64,000 nucleotides of DNA. It comes from Blastocystis sp. Blastoise. Lineage: Eukaryota; Protista; Bigyra: Opalinata. A program made the translations under genes and the position numbers. The notes under the pieces were generated by a model, which made no database searches, was not told the origin of the DNA, and worked only from the letters and a program-made list of their open reading frames with translations. Positions 43,319 to 57,061 of the stretch are shown here, piece by piece (the first letter of the stretch is position 1; the number at the start of each line of letters is the position of its first letter). Where the stretch lies: assembly GCA_039096225.1 (NCBI GenBank), contig JBBPEB010000011.1, positions 372,001 through 436,000 of the forward strand, written 5' to 3'.

Positions 43319-45331
43319 TAATTTATTATTATATATTATTATATATTATATATTATTATTATGTTTATAATTTTAATATATTATATATATAAAAATATAA
43401 TAATAAATATATATATATATAGACCTTAAGTAATCGTATATATTTGGGTTCTGCTCCTATGCGAAATTATATATTCACTCCCTATATACATATAAAAGCA
43501 GAAATAAAGAGTAAGAAATTTGGTGGTGGATTTATAAAGTGTGTTATAGCAGTTGAAGATGATCGATTATTACTTTATAAAGTATGTATTACTATTTATA
43601 AAAATAATATATAAATATAATAATAATATATAAATATTAATATAATATATAAATATAATAATAATATATAAATATAATAATAATATATAAATATTAATAT
43701 AATATATAAATATAATAATAATATATAAATATTATAATATATAAATATTATAATATTTTATGTCTATACTTTTTCCATTTAGTTAAGCAGTCCAATTGCT
43801 TATAAAGTGTTTTATTTGTCCGGCAAACAATCTTGTCACGTGACACAAGATCAAGATATGGTATATATTGAAGGTGGTGATTATATAATGTCTTTAAGAA
43901 TTAAAGAAGACGATATCAAACAACAATTTCTTGCTGTATATTTATATAATATTTATTATTATTATTATAATTTATCCAATATACTCTATATAAATACTCT
44001 ATAAATCTTATTTATCTATATATATATAGGTACTTAATAAAATAATTGAAGGATCGTTACCTACAGAACCTACATATTCCCGTGATTTTATTGAAATGCC
44101 TGCAGATTTTTCGGATACAGAAAATACATTAACAATAAAAAACTATTATAAACCTGATTACGTTAAAGTTTATAATTGTTTACCCTCATTATCTGCTAAT
44201 ATATTTACAGAAGATTATTTTAATCTTATATCACATCATATAAATAGTGGTGATATATTATTATCCCTTCAATCAACACGATGTATTGCTTATTTATTAT
44301 TAAGTGGTTTATTATCTATTTCTGAATCTACTTATATTACTATATTAAATTCAATTACTTCTTTATTAAGTAATCCATTAAGACCTTCTTCTATATCTTC
44401 TCCTATTTATAGTAATAACTTTAGTTTATGTCATTATACACAATGGGTATGTCCTGCATGTTTAGCGATTAATTCTATTCTCTATACTACATGTTCAGAA
44501 TGTAATTATATTCTTAATGATTATAATGAACATCTATCGACTTCAAATATTACTTGGTCATTCCCTTATATGAGAAACTCATTATATGGTTATATCTCTG
44601 CATGTTTATGTGCTATGACTTCTTCAGATCTTATTTGTAATGATATTAATCATAGTCATATTGATATATTATTTAAAACTTTATATGGTGCTTCAAAGAA
44701 ATATATTTATTATGCTCTCAGAGCTATGTATGCTATTTCTCTATTTTATTATTATTATAACTATTTTTTTAAAAATTATTTATATTATATATTTTTTTTG
44801 ATATGTGTATTATTTAGTTTTATGATTAATATTACATTTATTATGATTATTATGTATTTTATTGTGATTATTATTTTCTATTTACTATTTATAACACTTG
44901 TTATATATTTATTAAATAGTCTATTATTTTTTATTCTATTATTTACAACAGTTATTATTATATTTATTATAGAGTCTATTTTTTTCTATTTACTATTTAT
45001 AACAGTTATTATTATATTTATTATATATAGTCAAAATATAACAAAACACGAGCATTCTAAGCTAGCTCTAGTTCATTATTTGAATACTACGAATGAGCCA
45101 TTTGCCGCCATTAAAACACTTTTTACCGCCAGATTAAAAGGAGTGTATGATATATTTCCTTTTATAATTATATTTATTATTATCAATAAATATTATTATC
45201 AATATTCATTTACTTTTTATAAAATTACTTTATATATAGTGCTCAATATTATATATATAATGCATTATTCAAATTATTCATATCTCTTCATTCTATCTCA
45301 ATCTCATTCACTCAACAATTCTCCAAAGATG

Positions 45332-45380
<49 letters not shown>

Positions 45381-46108
45381 TACTATATATAGAATATAAA
45401 TATATAATATATTCACTATATATATAATAATAAAAGTGACAATATAATATATAATATATTCACTATATATATATAGTATTTGAGTTTTTATCCGAGTTAT
45501 ATTTATATGGCGATACACAACTACAACAAATGTCTCGTAATACTATTATTTCGCTTTATTCCCGTGATTATCAGAGCATGATAAAGGTTCCTATACATAT
45601 GTTACTAAATGTTTCCCTTTGGGATATTACAGAGATTAAAGAAAGTGCCTTGTTATGTATATATCATATGACAGAAGAAAGAAAAGATGAAGCATTTATA
45701 TATATGCTTATTAATACTTTTATTCCTATATTATTGGATCAATTAACATATTATAAAACGAATTATGAACAATTTAAATTAAATAATATTACAAGACTCA
45801 TATTATCCGTTAAAATCATGAATAAAACTATTTCGGTATATATTTATTATTATGTTTATTATGTTTATATGTTATATGTTATATGTTATATGTTATATAT
45901 TATATTTCTTATTATATTTCTTATTATTATATTTATATATTATATTATATTTATATTCTTGTAGTCTCCTGTTGCTGTGGAGAATCCGTATGTTGTTCAA
46001 CTAATGAATTTATGTCTCCTTTTATTCTCTTCGACTCTCTATCATGCTCCTCTACGAGTCTATTTACTAAATACTATTACTTGCTTATTACAAAAGAATC
46101 CAGAATAT

Positions 46109-46139
<31 letters not shown>

Positions 46140-48557
46140 TAATAGTTATATTATCAATAGATTCATAATAACTATATAATAATATAAATAACTACTAATT
46201 AATATATATATATATATATTCTCTTTAGCAATCTCTTGGTGCTTTATATCATTATACCGGACTTACTTACGCGGTAGCCACTGCGCGGGAACTCGTTGAC
46301 TCTTTTGATCCTGGTGCCAATGATGTATATTTATATATATATATATATATATATTTATTATTTATATATTTATTATTTATATAATCTATTATTTATTTAC
46401 TGTAAAATGTGTTATATTATTTATATACTTTATATAATCTATTCTTTATATATAGTATATGATGTATCGCTTATATTTTGGTAATTTCTGTATTGTTATT
46501 GGTAGTTCTCCCGCGGGAATTAACACATTATTTAAATCCAATATTATTCACGAAGTTATACAAGAACTCTATTCAAAAGATGATTCCGTATATATATATA
46601 GTAATAATAATAATAATAATAATAAGTATAATAATAATAATAATAATAATAAGTATAATAATAAGTATAATAATAATAATAATAATAATAAGTATAATAA
46701 TAAGTATAATAATAATAATAATAATAATAATAAGTATAATAATATATAATACTACTATAGTTAATACGTGTGTCTCTATTAATATATGCGCGTCTCTTTG
46801 AGTCTCCAGGTTTAGGGTTTAATACTGTTACTGGTGCTTATATGAGTAATATCTTCTTCTCTTTATGTATAGATATATATAAACATTATAAGGAGAAGCC
46901 AGAGATTATGTCTCCTTTCTATATGATTTTAAGAGGTTATGCACATACAGGACAGAAGGCACTTCAAATTATTAATTTATTTGATACCGCACATCTATTA
47001 GAAGATCTTGTTTTACGTTGTAATCCTTCCCGCCAAACAAATGGCGGTATTGAAGAAGAAGAAAAGGATGTTTCTGTGAATTTCTTGTTATCTCTCGTTC
47101 TTTATAGACCGTTCATGTATATATTATTATAGTATTATATTGGTATTCTATTTATATATGTTTTATATGGTTATGATTATTATGATTATGATTATTATGA
47201 TTATGATTATGGTTATGATAATATATTATATATATACTATATATATAGGGATGATATGAATATGGATTGGTATTTATCAAATACATCTCTTTATGCCTTC
47301 TGCCAGTCATTTATTAAGGAAGTCAAAGAATGGGCACTTGGAGTATATATATATATATATAATAATGATAAATATATTATCAATATAATAGTGATAAATA
47401 TAATCAATATAATAATATAATAATATATATATAGGTTATCAGTCAGAGATTTATTCTTGGTTTTTGCCCGCCATTATCTTTATTTGAAGATACAATCCCT
47501 CTCGATTACCGCGATAATGTGTCCTTCCGTGATCGTGAAAAAGGTATTAAAAAAGGGATTGTTGTATACTCTAATATGTGCTTATATTTATATAGAACAA
47601 CACCCTTATTAAAGGTATATATATATATATATATATATTTATCAATAATAAAATACGTTTAATATATATATATATATTTATATACATTTATATATTTATT
47701 AAAGACCAATAATATTGTTACAAAGTTATATATACATAATACACGTGTTCTGTACAATGACGAAGGTGGTTTAAAGGCCATTACTATTACAAATAAACAA
47801 GGAATGGAACTTATGAAGTATATATATATATATATATATATTATATTATATTATATATTGTATTATATATATATTATATATATATATTATATATAGAATA
47901 TATGGTGAAAGTACATTAGAACAATTATATGACTTTATATGTAAAGATATTTCTCTTGCTCATTTCCCGCCAATTGATATATCTCTGATTCCCGCCAAAA
48001 CATCCTCAAGAGCGGTTTCTTTGAAATTTAAAGGTGTAGAAATTATTACTCCTGAATTGATTCCTTATTTACGGTTATCTGAACTTGATCAAGAAGAAAC
48101 ACATGCTGTATTTATGTTTATATTTATTATGTTTATTAAATATTTATGTTTATTAAATATTATTATGTTTATTAAATATTTATGATAATGCTTATATTTA
48201 TCATTAATTATATTTTTAAACTATATTACAATATATATATATATAGTTTGAGCATTTTATATCTCATTTACCTGCATCTAATTCTTTGATTGAGTATCTA
48301 TATACACTGTTATATTTCTCTGGTGATACTGGTAATGTGATTATTCCTGAATCATTCAATAATAAAGAAAAACTCATTTTATTTAATTATATATTTATAT
48401 ATATATTATATATTAGTTATATTATATTATTATTGAATGTATTCTATTCTATTCTATATATTACTCTATTCTATTCTATATATATAGTTATATATGGGAT
48501 CCATTCACATTTACACGTCCCATTCCCGGAAAACCAATTTTACCAGGTGAACTCTAA
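37706..48557 (+). CDS. Very large multi-exon protein: ARM/HEAT-like helical repeats with PH-like segments and a RanBP2-type zinc finger
   Basis: Many short coding exons between GT-AG introns over 11 kb; WVCPACLAINSILYTTCSEC (W-x-C-x2-C-x3-N-x6-C-x2-C); PH-like segments near 39400-39720, 43480-44050 and 47510-47950. I did not verify that it is a single gene at every junction. Confidence 0.6.
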
Positions 48558-48834
48558 TCTATATATGTATATATCTATAATATAGAATAATAGAATACAT
48601 ATATATATATTGAGTAATATTATTTAATTATTTGTATTTTTTATTACTCTATACTAATTTTGTTTATATATATAACTATATATTGTGTATTAAAATCTTA
48701 GGTGTTTTTTTCTTCTATTTATATATCTGCAATTCTTATATAACTTTTTCGTTTTTCTACATGCAGTATATTAATAAGTATATATTAGCATGCCAGTTCT
48801 TTTTCTTTTTATGACTTATTTCTTCTCTAGATAA

Positions 48835-48877
<43 letters not shown>

Positions 48878-49726
48878 TTTATAATCATTATTGAATGACA
48901 TAGTTTTTTTTTTCTCACTTTCTATATATATCTGTATGTATATATTATTTGTTTCTATGAATATGTTTTGACTTTTTTTATATCTATATATGTGTATCTA
49001 CATATATATATTTGATTGTTACTATATCTTTTTTTTCATGTTCTCAATATCTTGTTTTGTCTGCCTTTTATAAAATTAACAACATATGAATATACATTAT
49101 TTACAATAAATCATCACGCATAACCTCAAACAATGATAAATAATTGTTGTGTTTTTCATGAGATTTTTGATTCTTGAATTGATATAATATTCTAAATAGT
49201 GTAGAAATCACTGAATGTATACCACTATTCTCCATATCTTCATTAGATAGTATAGAAACATCTTAAAACATATAATTGCTCCTATTATCTGCTATTAATG
49301 AGATTATTCATATAAAAACACATTTAACATTCTTAATTGAAATCTATTAAAACATGATAAAGTATATTACACAATTCTTGCCTGAATAGTTTTTTTTGCC
49401 AAATAATCTTTAGAAATACTTGTTTTGATAGTGCCTATTCTATGTCTTATAACCTGAAAGAATGATAAATATGAATAAATGTTCTGTTAAAAGAATCAGT
49501 GCCGTATATTAAGAATGAATAATAAAACAGAATTATCAACGGTTTTTTATGTATAATTCGCAGAAAAATAAATTTTATTCTTCGTTTTTTTTTTGAAAAT
49601 TATTTTCAATTTGTTTGGAGTAAAGTATATCCAGATTATTATAAAGAAATATAGATTATATTTAATCAATTATAATTATATCTAATAATAGTCCTTCTTG
49701 AGAAAAACTCGTCGTTTTAATTCAAT

Positions 49727-50281
49727 ATGGAAACAAAGAAAGCAGTAAAGGAGAATAAAAATACCAGAAGCTGTCCATATCTGGATACTGTAAAGAGACA
49801 AGTACTTGATTTCGATTCTGAAAAAGAATGTTCTGTATGTTTAAGTCATAAGAATGTGTATATTTGTTTGGTTTGTGGACTTTATTTACAAGGACGTGGT
49901 GAAAGTACATATGCATATTCTCATTCAGTTCAAATGGATCACCATGTATTTATGAATATTGAAACTCAAAGATTTTATTGTTTACCTGATAATTATGAAG
50001 TCATTGATGATACTCTTAATGATATTAAATTAGCCTTAGATCCTGTATTTACTAAAGGTATACTATATATGTTAATGTTTATTTTTATTTATATGTATTT
50101 ATTATTTATTTGATACTATATAGAGTATATACAAAGAATTGATACTATTACAACCTTGTCTACTGATCAGATGGGAACTTCTTATATTCCTGGTATATAT
50201 ATTATTATGTTTATTATGATTATTATGATTATTATTATTATTATTATAATTATTATTATTATTATGATTATTATGATTATG

Positions 50282-50364
<83 letters not shown>

Positions 50365-50699
50365 GTTTATTATTATTATTATATATAGGTGTATTAGGAA
50401 TGACGGCTGTTGATTCTAGTGACTATATTAATTGTATTTTACATGCATTCTCACAAGTCAAAATACTTCGTGATTTTTTCCTTCTTCCTGAAAATTATCA
50501 AACATGCACTGTATATATATATAGTGTATTATATATAATTTTAATTAATATTATTATTAAATACTATATATATATATATATATATATAGTCTCCTCTTGT
50601 TCATTCGTTTGGATCTCTTATTCGAAAGATTTGGTCACCTTATCGATTCAGAGCTAAGATCAGTCCACAAGAAGTATATATATAATAATAATAATAATG

Positions 50700-50782
<83 letters not shown>

Positions 50783-51066
50783 TATATTATTATTAGTTTT
50801 AATTCTTTATATTCTTGTTAATTGCTATATATAGTTTTTAAATGAATTGGTGCGTACATCGAATAGTAAGTATACTGTTACTAAAAGACAAGATTCTATT
50901 CAATTCCTTACTTGGTTTGTTAACTATATGCATTCACAACTTAAAGATAAAAAAGATAAAAGTATTGTTAGTGAATGTTTCAGAGGTAAAATACAAATAG
51001 AAGAAACTACTTATACTGAAGTATGTATATAATGTTTTATTCAGTTTTTATATATATAGTATATTT

Positions 51067-51111
<45 letters not shown>

Positions 51112-51379
51112 GAGGGATACAAAACGTGTAAAGAAAGAGGATTTACCGATTGGACCAGAAGAAGGAGAACAGTCAGAAAGGAAAGAACAAGTTAAAGAAG
51201 ATATGTTTGATCATACAAGTACAGTTAAAACTATACCTTGTTTCTTCCTCTCTCTTGATTTACCTCCAATTCCCGTGTTTAAAGATGATTTTAATGCAAA
51301 TACAGTTCAACATATGCCTTTGTATACGCTTTTAGAAAAATTTGGTGGTGAACATATTACTGTTGTATATATATATATA

Positions 51380-51414
<35 letters not shown>

Positions 51415-52173
51415 TAATAGGACTCTAAAACAGGAGTTGAACGTAAAATAAAGATTATTTCATTACCCAAGTATATATAATATATATAATATATATAATA
51501 TATATATAGATATTTAATTCTCGTGATCAATCGTTTTATTGTGAATAACTTTTTCCTTGAGAAAAATAATTCTGTTGTTCAATTTCCTATAAAGAATTTA
51601 GAAGTATACATAGGATTCTCATTATACTATTTTAATATATTTCTATATATATACAATTTTATGTATTTTTTTAATAATTCTATATAATTCTATATATATA
51701 TATATATACTATTCTTATAGATGCGTGATTGTGTGATGCCAATTGTGTCTCCTTATCCCCCAGTTGAAGAACTGAATACTTTATCTATAAATAAACTACA
51801 AAAATTACTAAAGTCTCTTAAAGTGGATTCAAATGTATATATTTAAATGATAATAATAAATATAATAATAAACATAATAAATAATAATATATATATAGAA
51901 TATAATTGAAAAAGAAGAATTAATATCAAAATCAAAAGAAGCAATAAATAATTATAATTCTATTCATAATAATACTAAATATAATTTAATTGCTACTGTT
52001 TGTCATGAATTATCAGTTAATGAAGAACAAAATAAGAAACGTAATATTATTGAAAGTGGATTCTATAAGTGTTTTATAAGAAACAAAATATCTACTCAAT
52101 GGTATATATAAACATATATTATTATTATTATTAAATTAATATCTTTCATTTAAAAAAAAAATATTCTTCAACA

Positions 52174-52213
<40 letters not shown>

Positions 52214-52322
52214 TATATAAAGGTATGAAATACAGGATGCTCTTGTGCGTGAAGCGGATACAGTTCTTATTTCAGTTTCAGATGCAATTATCTTAGTCTA
52301 TGCAAGAACTGACTCTGAATAA
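49727..52322 (+). CDS. USP39: U4/U6.U5 tri-snRNP-associated protein 2 (USP39/Sad1), multi-exon
   Basis: CPYLDTVKRQVLDFDSEKECSVCLSHKNVYICLVCGLYLQGRG, FYCLPDNYEV, DYIN (inactive Cys box), FLSLDLPPIPVFKD, NNFFLEKN, WYEIQD. Confidence 0.94.
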
Positions 52323-52902
52323 TAATAATTTATTATAAATATAAAAATAATCTTTTTCTATATCAATCTACTGTTTTAATTATATATTTTTTATTTGTAT
52401 ATCATTTTATTTTTTTTTGTGTTTTCTATTTCATCATAATTCAAAACTATATAAATGAATGTAAAAAATACTTTATCAATATAATATTTGTCTTTTTCTT
52501 AAAAAATGACTCTCTTTCTAATCATTATTATCCAATCATATTTTCAACTACTTTAATTGACAAGAATATCAAACAAAAGATATATATGAATACATTCAAA
52601 AATAAAAAACACATATATACCCAAATATAATTTCATTTCATTATACGAAAAGTTCTTTTATATCTTCTTTATTTGTCATGTCTATTCTAAATAACCTGCT
52701 AGACATCTAGAATCATTCTATATTTAAAAAAATAGAATTATTAAAGCAAATGTCATCATTTGTTTTCTTCACTGTTTATAATTTTTATTTCTGATTCCAG
52801 AAAGTTTCAACGAAAATAAGTTCTCCGTTTCATTTTTTATCAAGAATTTCTTCATTATTATTTTTTAACTATATTAAGGTCTTTATTGATTTCATTCTCA
52901 CG

Positions 52903-54318
52903 ATGTTTTCAAAGTCTATATATCGTTCTATACAAACAACGTTTAATTATCAAATAAGAAATTCTACGAATGTGTTCACATCTTTGAGATTTCTTTCTTT
53001 AAAGCCAGAAACAACTCCAAATCCTGATACTATGAAATTCACTACTGATCCAAAGAAAAATATACTTCCTGAAGAATTTGGTCAGAGTTTTGTATGTTTT
53101 TATATTTCTTGGAGTAAATAGAGAGTAACGTACTGATATATAGCGTGTTACAGATAGAATTGTTGGAAAGAAGACTCCATTAGGTCTTGATTTATATAAT
53201 ATTAATGGTGTTAAAGGTGTTATGCTTGGTTCAGACTATGTTACAATCACAAAAAAAGTATTTTAATTATTATTTGTTTCGTTTTATACTATTTTTATTA
53301 TGATTATAGAGTTCTTCAAGTTGGGATGCTATTACAAAAGAAGCAGAAAGAATTCTAGATAAAATATCCTTATATAGATATATATTTATATATATATGTA
53401 GATGATATTAATATTGGTAATACCATTATAATAATAATATAAATATATATCTTTAATTGATGTTACTATTTATCCAGTACAGGAAAGACTATTATATATA
53501 AAGATCATGAACAATTTTATCATCCTAATGATATTAAACCCGAAGATAGTCGTGTTGTCGCTCTTATTAAAGAAATTATACAAACGTATATATATATATA
53601 TATATTTATTTATTATAGTTATATATCATATTATTAATATGAAATGTTTTATTATATTATATATTGTTTATGAATATTATATTTTTTATATGAATAGATA
53701 TACATATATTAATTATTATTATTATTATTATTATTATTATAGTCGTATTCGTCCCCGTATTCAACAGGATGGAGGGGATATACTATTCGACTCCTTTACA
53801 GAAGATCAAGGATTAGTGAAAATAAAGGTATACTCTCTATATTTCTATATAAAGATTATTATTATTATTATTTTCTGTCATATTTCTTAATATATAATCA
53901 TTATTGTTTTGAAGGTTTTAATATAATAATAATGATAATAAAATGAATATAATAATAAAATGAATATAATAATAAAATGAATATAATAATAAAATGAATA
54001 TAATAATAATAATCAATATAATAATAATAATCAATATAATAATAGAATAAATATAATAATAATAATCAATATAATAATAATAATCAATATAATAATAAAA
54101 TGAATATAATAATAATAATCAATATAATAATAATAATAATCAATATAATAAAAAAAAACAATATAATAATAATAATACTATTCTTCTAGATGATAGGTGC
54201 ATGTGAGGGATGTCCCTCATCGGCGTTAACACTGAAACACAGTGTTGAAAAGATGCTTATGCATTATATTCCTGAAGTACAAGAAGTTATTTCTATTGAT
54301 CCAAGTGGCAATCCAGAA

Positions 54319-54354
<36 letters not shown>

Positions 54355-54640
54355 TTATTTTTTGAATTCTATATATATTATTGCTTTTTTTCATCTATTA
54401 TTATTATGCTTGAAAAATATATATTATTTCACTTAAAAAATTATTTAACTGAAATAGAAAAAATTATATTATTTTTCTTTTAAACTATTACCTGTACTAA
54501 AATAATATGCCTATAATATATAGCCTTCTTTATCACAAGAAGATATTGATTTCCAAACTCAATTTGATCAGGAATTACAGAAAGTTATTGAAGAAGAATT
54601 AGCTGCTCAACGAAAGAAAAAAGAAGAAAAGAGTAAGTAA
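52903..54640 (+). CDS. NFU1: NFU1 iron-sulfur cluster scaffold, mitochondrial-type, multi-exon
   Basis: Presequence-like N-terminus, [49 protein letters not shown]. Confidence 0.93.
53364..53466 (+). other. U12-type AT-AC intron in NFU1
   Basis: 5' ATATCCTTA, branch-like TCTTTAAT 9 nt before the 3' end, terminal TAC; removal joins ERILDK|YLSSTGKT in frame. Confidence 0.88.
53930..54175. repeat. Imperfect minisatellite (AATAAAATGAATATAAT / AATAATCAATATAAT units) in an NFU1 intron
   Basis: Directly visible tandem units. Confidence 0.8.
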
Positions 54641-54901
54641 ATAATCAGTTTGTTTCTATTTTATTGTTTTAATCAATTTTAGTATTCTTCTCTATATGTT
54701 CATTTATATATGTAACTAAATATTTGTATTTATTATATGTTATGTTTATTAAATAGCTATTTAAAATAATAGTATTAATATGTTTAATGATTATCATTTT
54801 AGTGTAATAATGCACTCTATATATAAACAAACAACAAATAACTCTAAAACAATCTCAAATTCTATTTAAATGATGTAAAGAATAAACTTATAAAAATAGT
54901 T

Positions 54902-56298
54902 TTATAAATAAGAAATCTTAGCACCTTGAATAACATCTTCTTCAGTAAGATTATATAAAGAATCCATTAATTCCATCTATATAAAGTAAACAATATATAT
55001 TTTATTTGAAAAGAATATATAAATATGTTCCTATAATATTAGTATATATATAATAAATATACTCTTAAAGAACCAGGTCCTTTGGCAGATTTTAAAGCTA
55101 TTTCACTAGCTAAACCAAAAGTAACAAAAGCCTATATATATATATATATCAGAAATAGATTAAAAAAAAAAACAATAATAATAAAATATATTTTATATAA
55201 ATAGACTTACATAAGCAGCGGCAAGAATAGGTTCGAAACCAGCACCTAAGAAAGCACCTGTTAAAGCACTTAAAGAACAGCCAGCAGCAGTAATCTTAGT
55301 ACACATTTCAACACCATTATCAACTATATATATATAATAGAAAGAATATACATTGTTTTATATGTATATATTTGTATTTTAGATTTATAATCTTTAAATA
55401 GTTTTATATATAGAAAAATAATAAATAATATAGAAATATTTTCATAATATATAAAAACAATTCAAAGTATAGAAACTCAATTTATAATGAATAAAAAAAA
55501 AAACAACTTATAATATAGAAATACTTTTAATAACACGTTCACCATCAGTAGCATAATCAGAAGCACCAGAAACAGCAACAACACAATTACACTTCTTAGC
55601 AAGTCTCTTAGCTATATATATATATATTAAAATATAATAAATATAAAAAAATACAATCAAATAATAAAATATAAAAAAATAATAAATATAATAAATATAA
55701 TAAATATAATAAACATACCAGGTTCAATAGCAGAATTAGAAGAATCGGTCGAATCAACTCCTTTACCTCCAGCACCAGCTCCAGCAAGAGCAATAATTTC
55801 TGAAGCATTTCCACGAATAATAGTAGGATGAAGTTCAAGAAGCTTAGCAAGAGTCTCATTTCTTAGAGTAGTAAAAACAATAAATTAAGAAAACTTATTT
55901 TTCTTTATTATAATAATATTATATTCTATTAAACATATAGATTTAATGTCTAGAATGCATATAATAAATTGTTCACATATAGATAATAAATAAGGATATC
56001 TACAACCAGCACCAACAGGATCTAAAACCCAACCTTTTCCAATAGAGTTAGCTTTCTTAGCAGCTTTGATCATACCTTCAATCCAAGGAGCAGCAAGGGT
56101 ACCAATATTAATAACAGTACAACTACAGATAGAAGCCATTTCTTCAACTTCTTCAACGGCATGAGCCATAATAGGAGAAGCACCAACAGCTAATAAAGTA
56201 TTAGCAGCAATATCCATGGCAACAAAATTAGTAATGTTATGTACTAAAGGACATTTGGTACGCATAGTGACAAGAGCCTTAGCAGCTTCAGTATTCAT
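54902..56298 (-). CDS. thiM: Hydroxyethylthiazole kinase (thiamine salvage), copy 1, 6 exons
   Basis: [69 protein letters not shown]. Confidence 0.95.
55871..55999 (-). other. U12-type AT-AC intron in thiM copy 1
   Basis: Minus strand 5' ATATCCTTAT, branch-like TTTTCTTAAT, 3' TTTTAC; removal gives DPVGAGCS|TLRNET in frame. Confidence 0.9.
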
Positions 56299-57061
56299 GA
56301 TCTAACAGAAATGAATAAAAACAACGAAAAAGAAAAAATAAATAATTGTTCACAAAAATAGATTTTGTTTAAATAATTATGAATAAAAGTAATGGACTAT
56401 TGTATCCAATCAAAATGATTCTTTCAGGGTCTTTATGACGCAATTTAAAAAATGTAATTATGAAATGATGAGACTTCTCTTTTTTTATATTTTGGCTTCT
56501 ATTTTAAGATCAATAATATCTATTTGCTGTTTTATTTTAGATATTATCATTATTCAGACTCTCTACTGTTTTGAAGGATTGAATTATAGATATATATGTA
56601 AAGGAATCGTTTTCAATTGCTTGTATACCAACACTTTTTGCTGCTAATTAGTATTGAAAGTATTCAAAATATAATGAAATTGCGATACTAGTATTTAGAA
56701 GAGTTACTTTGAGTTTATTTAGGGAGATTGGACAAAAATATATAATACTTCGTTTATCAAGCTTATTTAAATGTTTCTACCTTTCGTAAATGTTTAAGAA
56801 TTTCGTAGAAAAAACTTAAATAGATGTTAGGAGATTTATACACATTTTCAGCGAAGATTTAGTATTCTTCAAATTAAAACACTGAAATGAATATGAATAA
56901 TAATTTAATAGCAAAACAAATATTTGAAAAGAATAAACGATATTAAATTCAAAGATAATCTAAAAAAAAAGTACTTTTTCAATCTTAAAGAAATAACTGA
57001 TAAACAATTTGTTTATTCAGATAAAAGATATGATTAGAAAAAACTTTTTTTTTAAAGATAT

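Noticed and set aside
48290-48487. Possible seventh exon-copy donor (TT at 48387)
   Set aside because: Ambiguous: a canonical in-phase donor (ATTGA|GTATCT) is also available.
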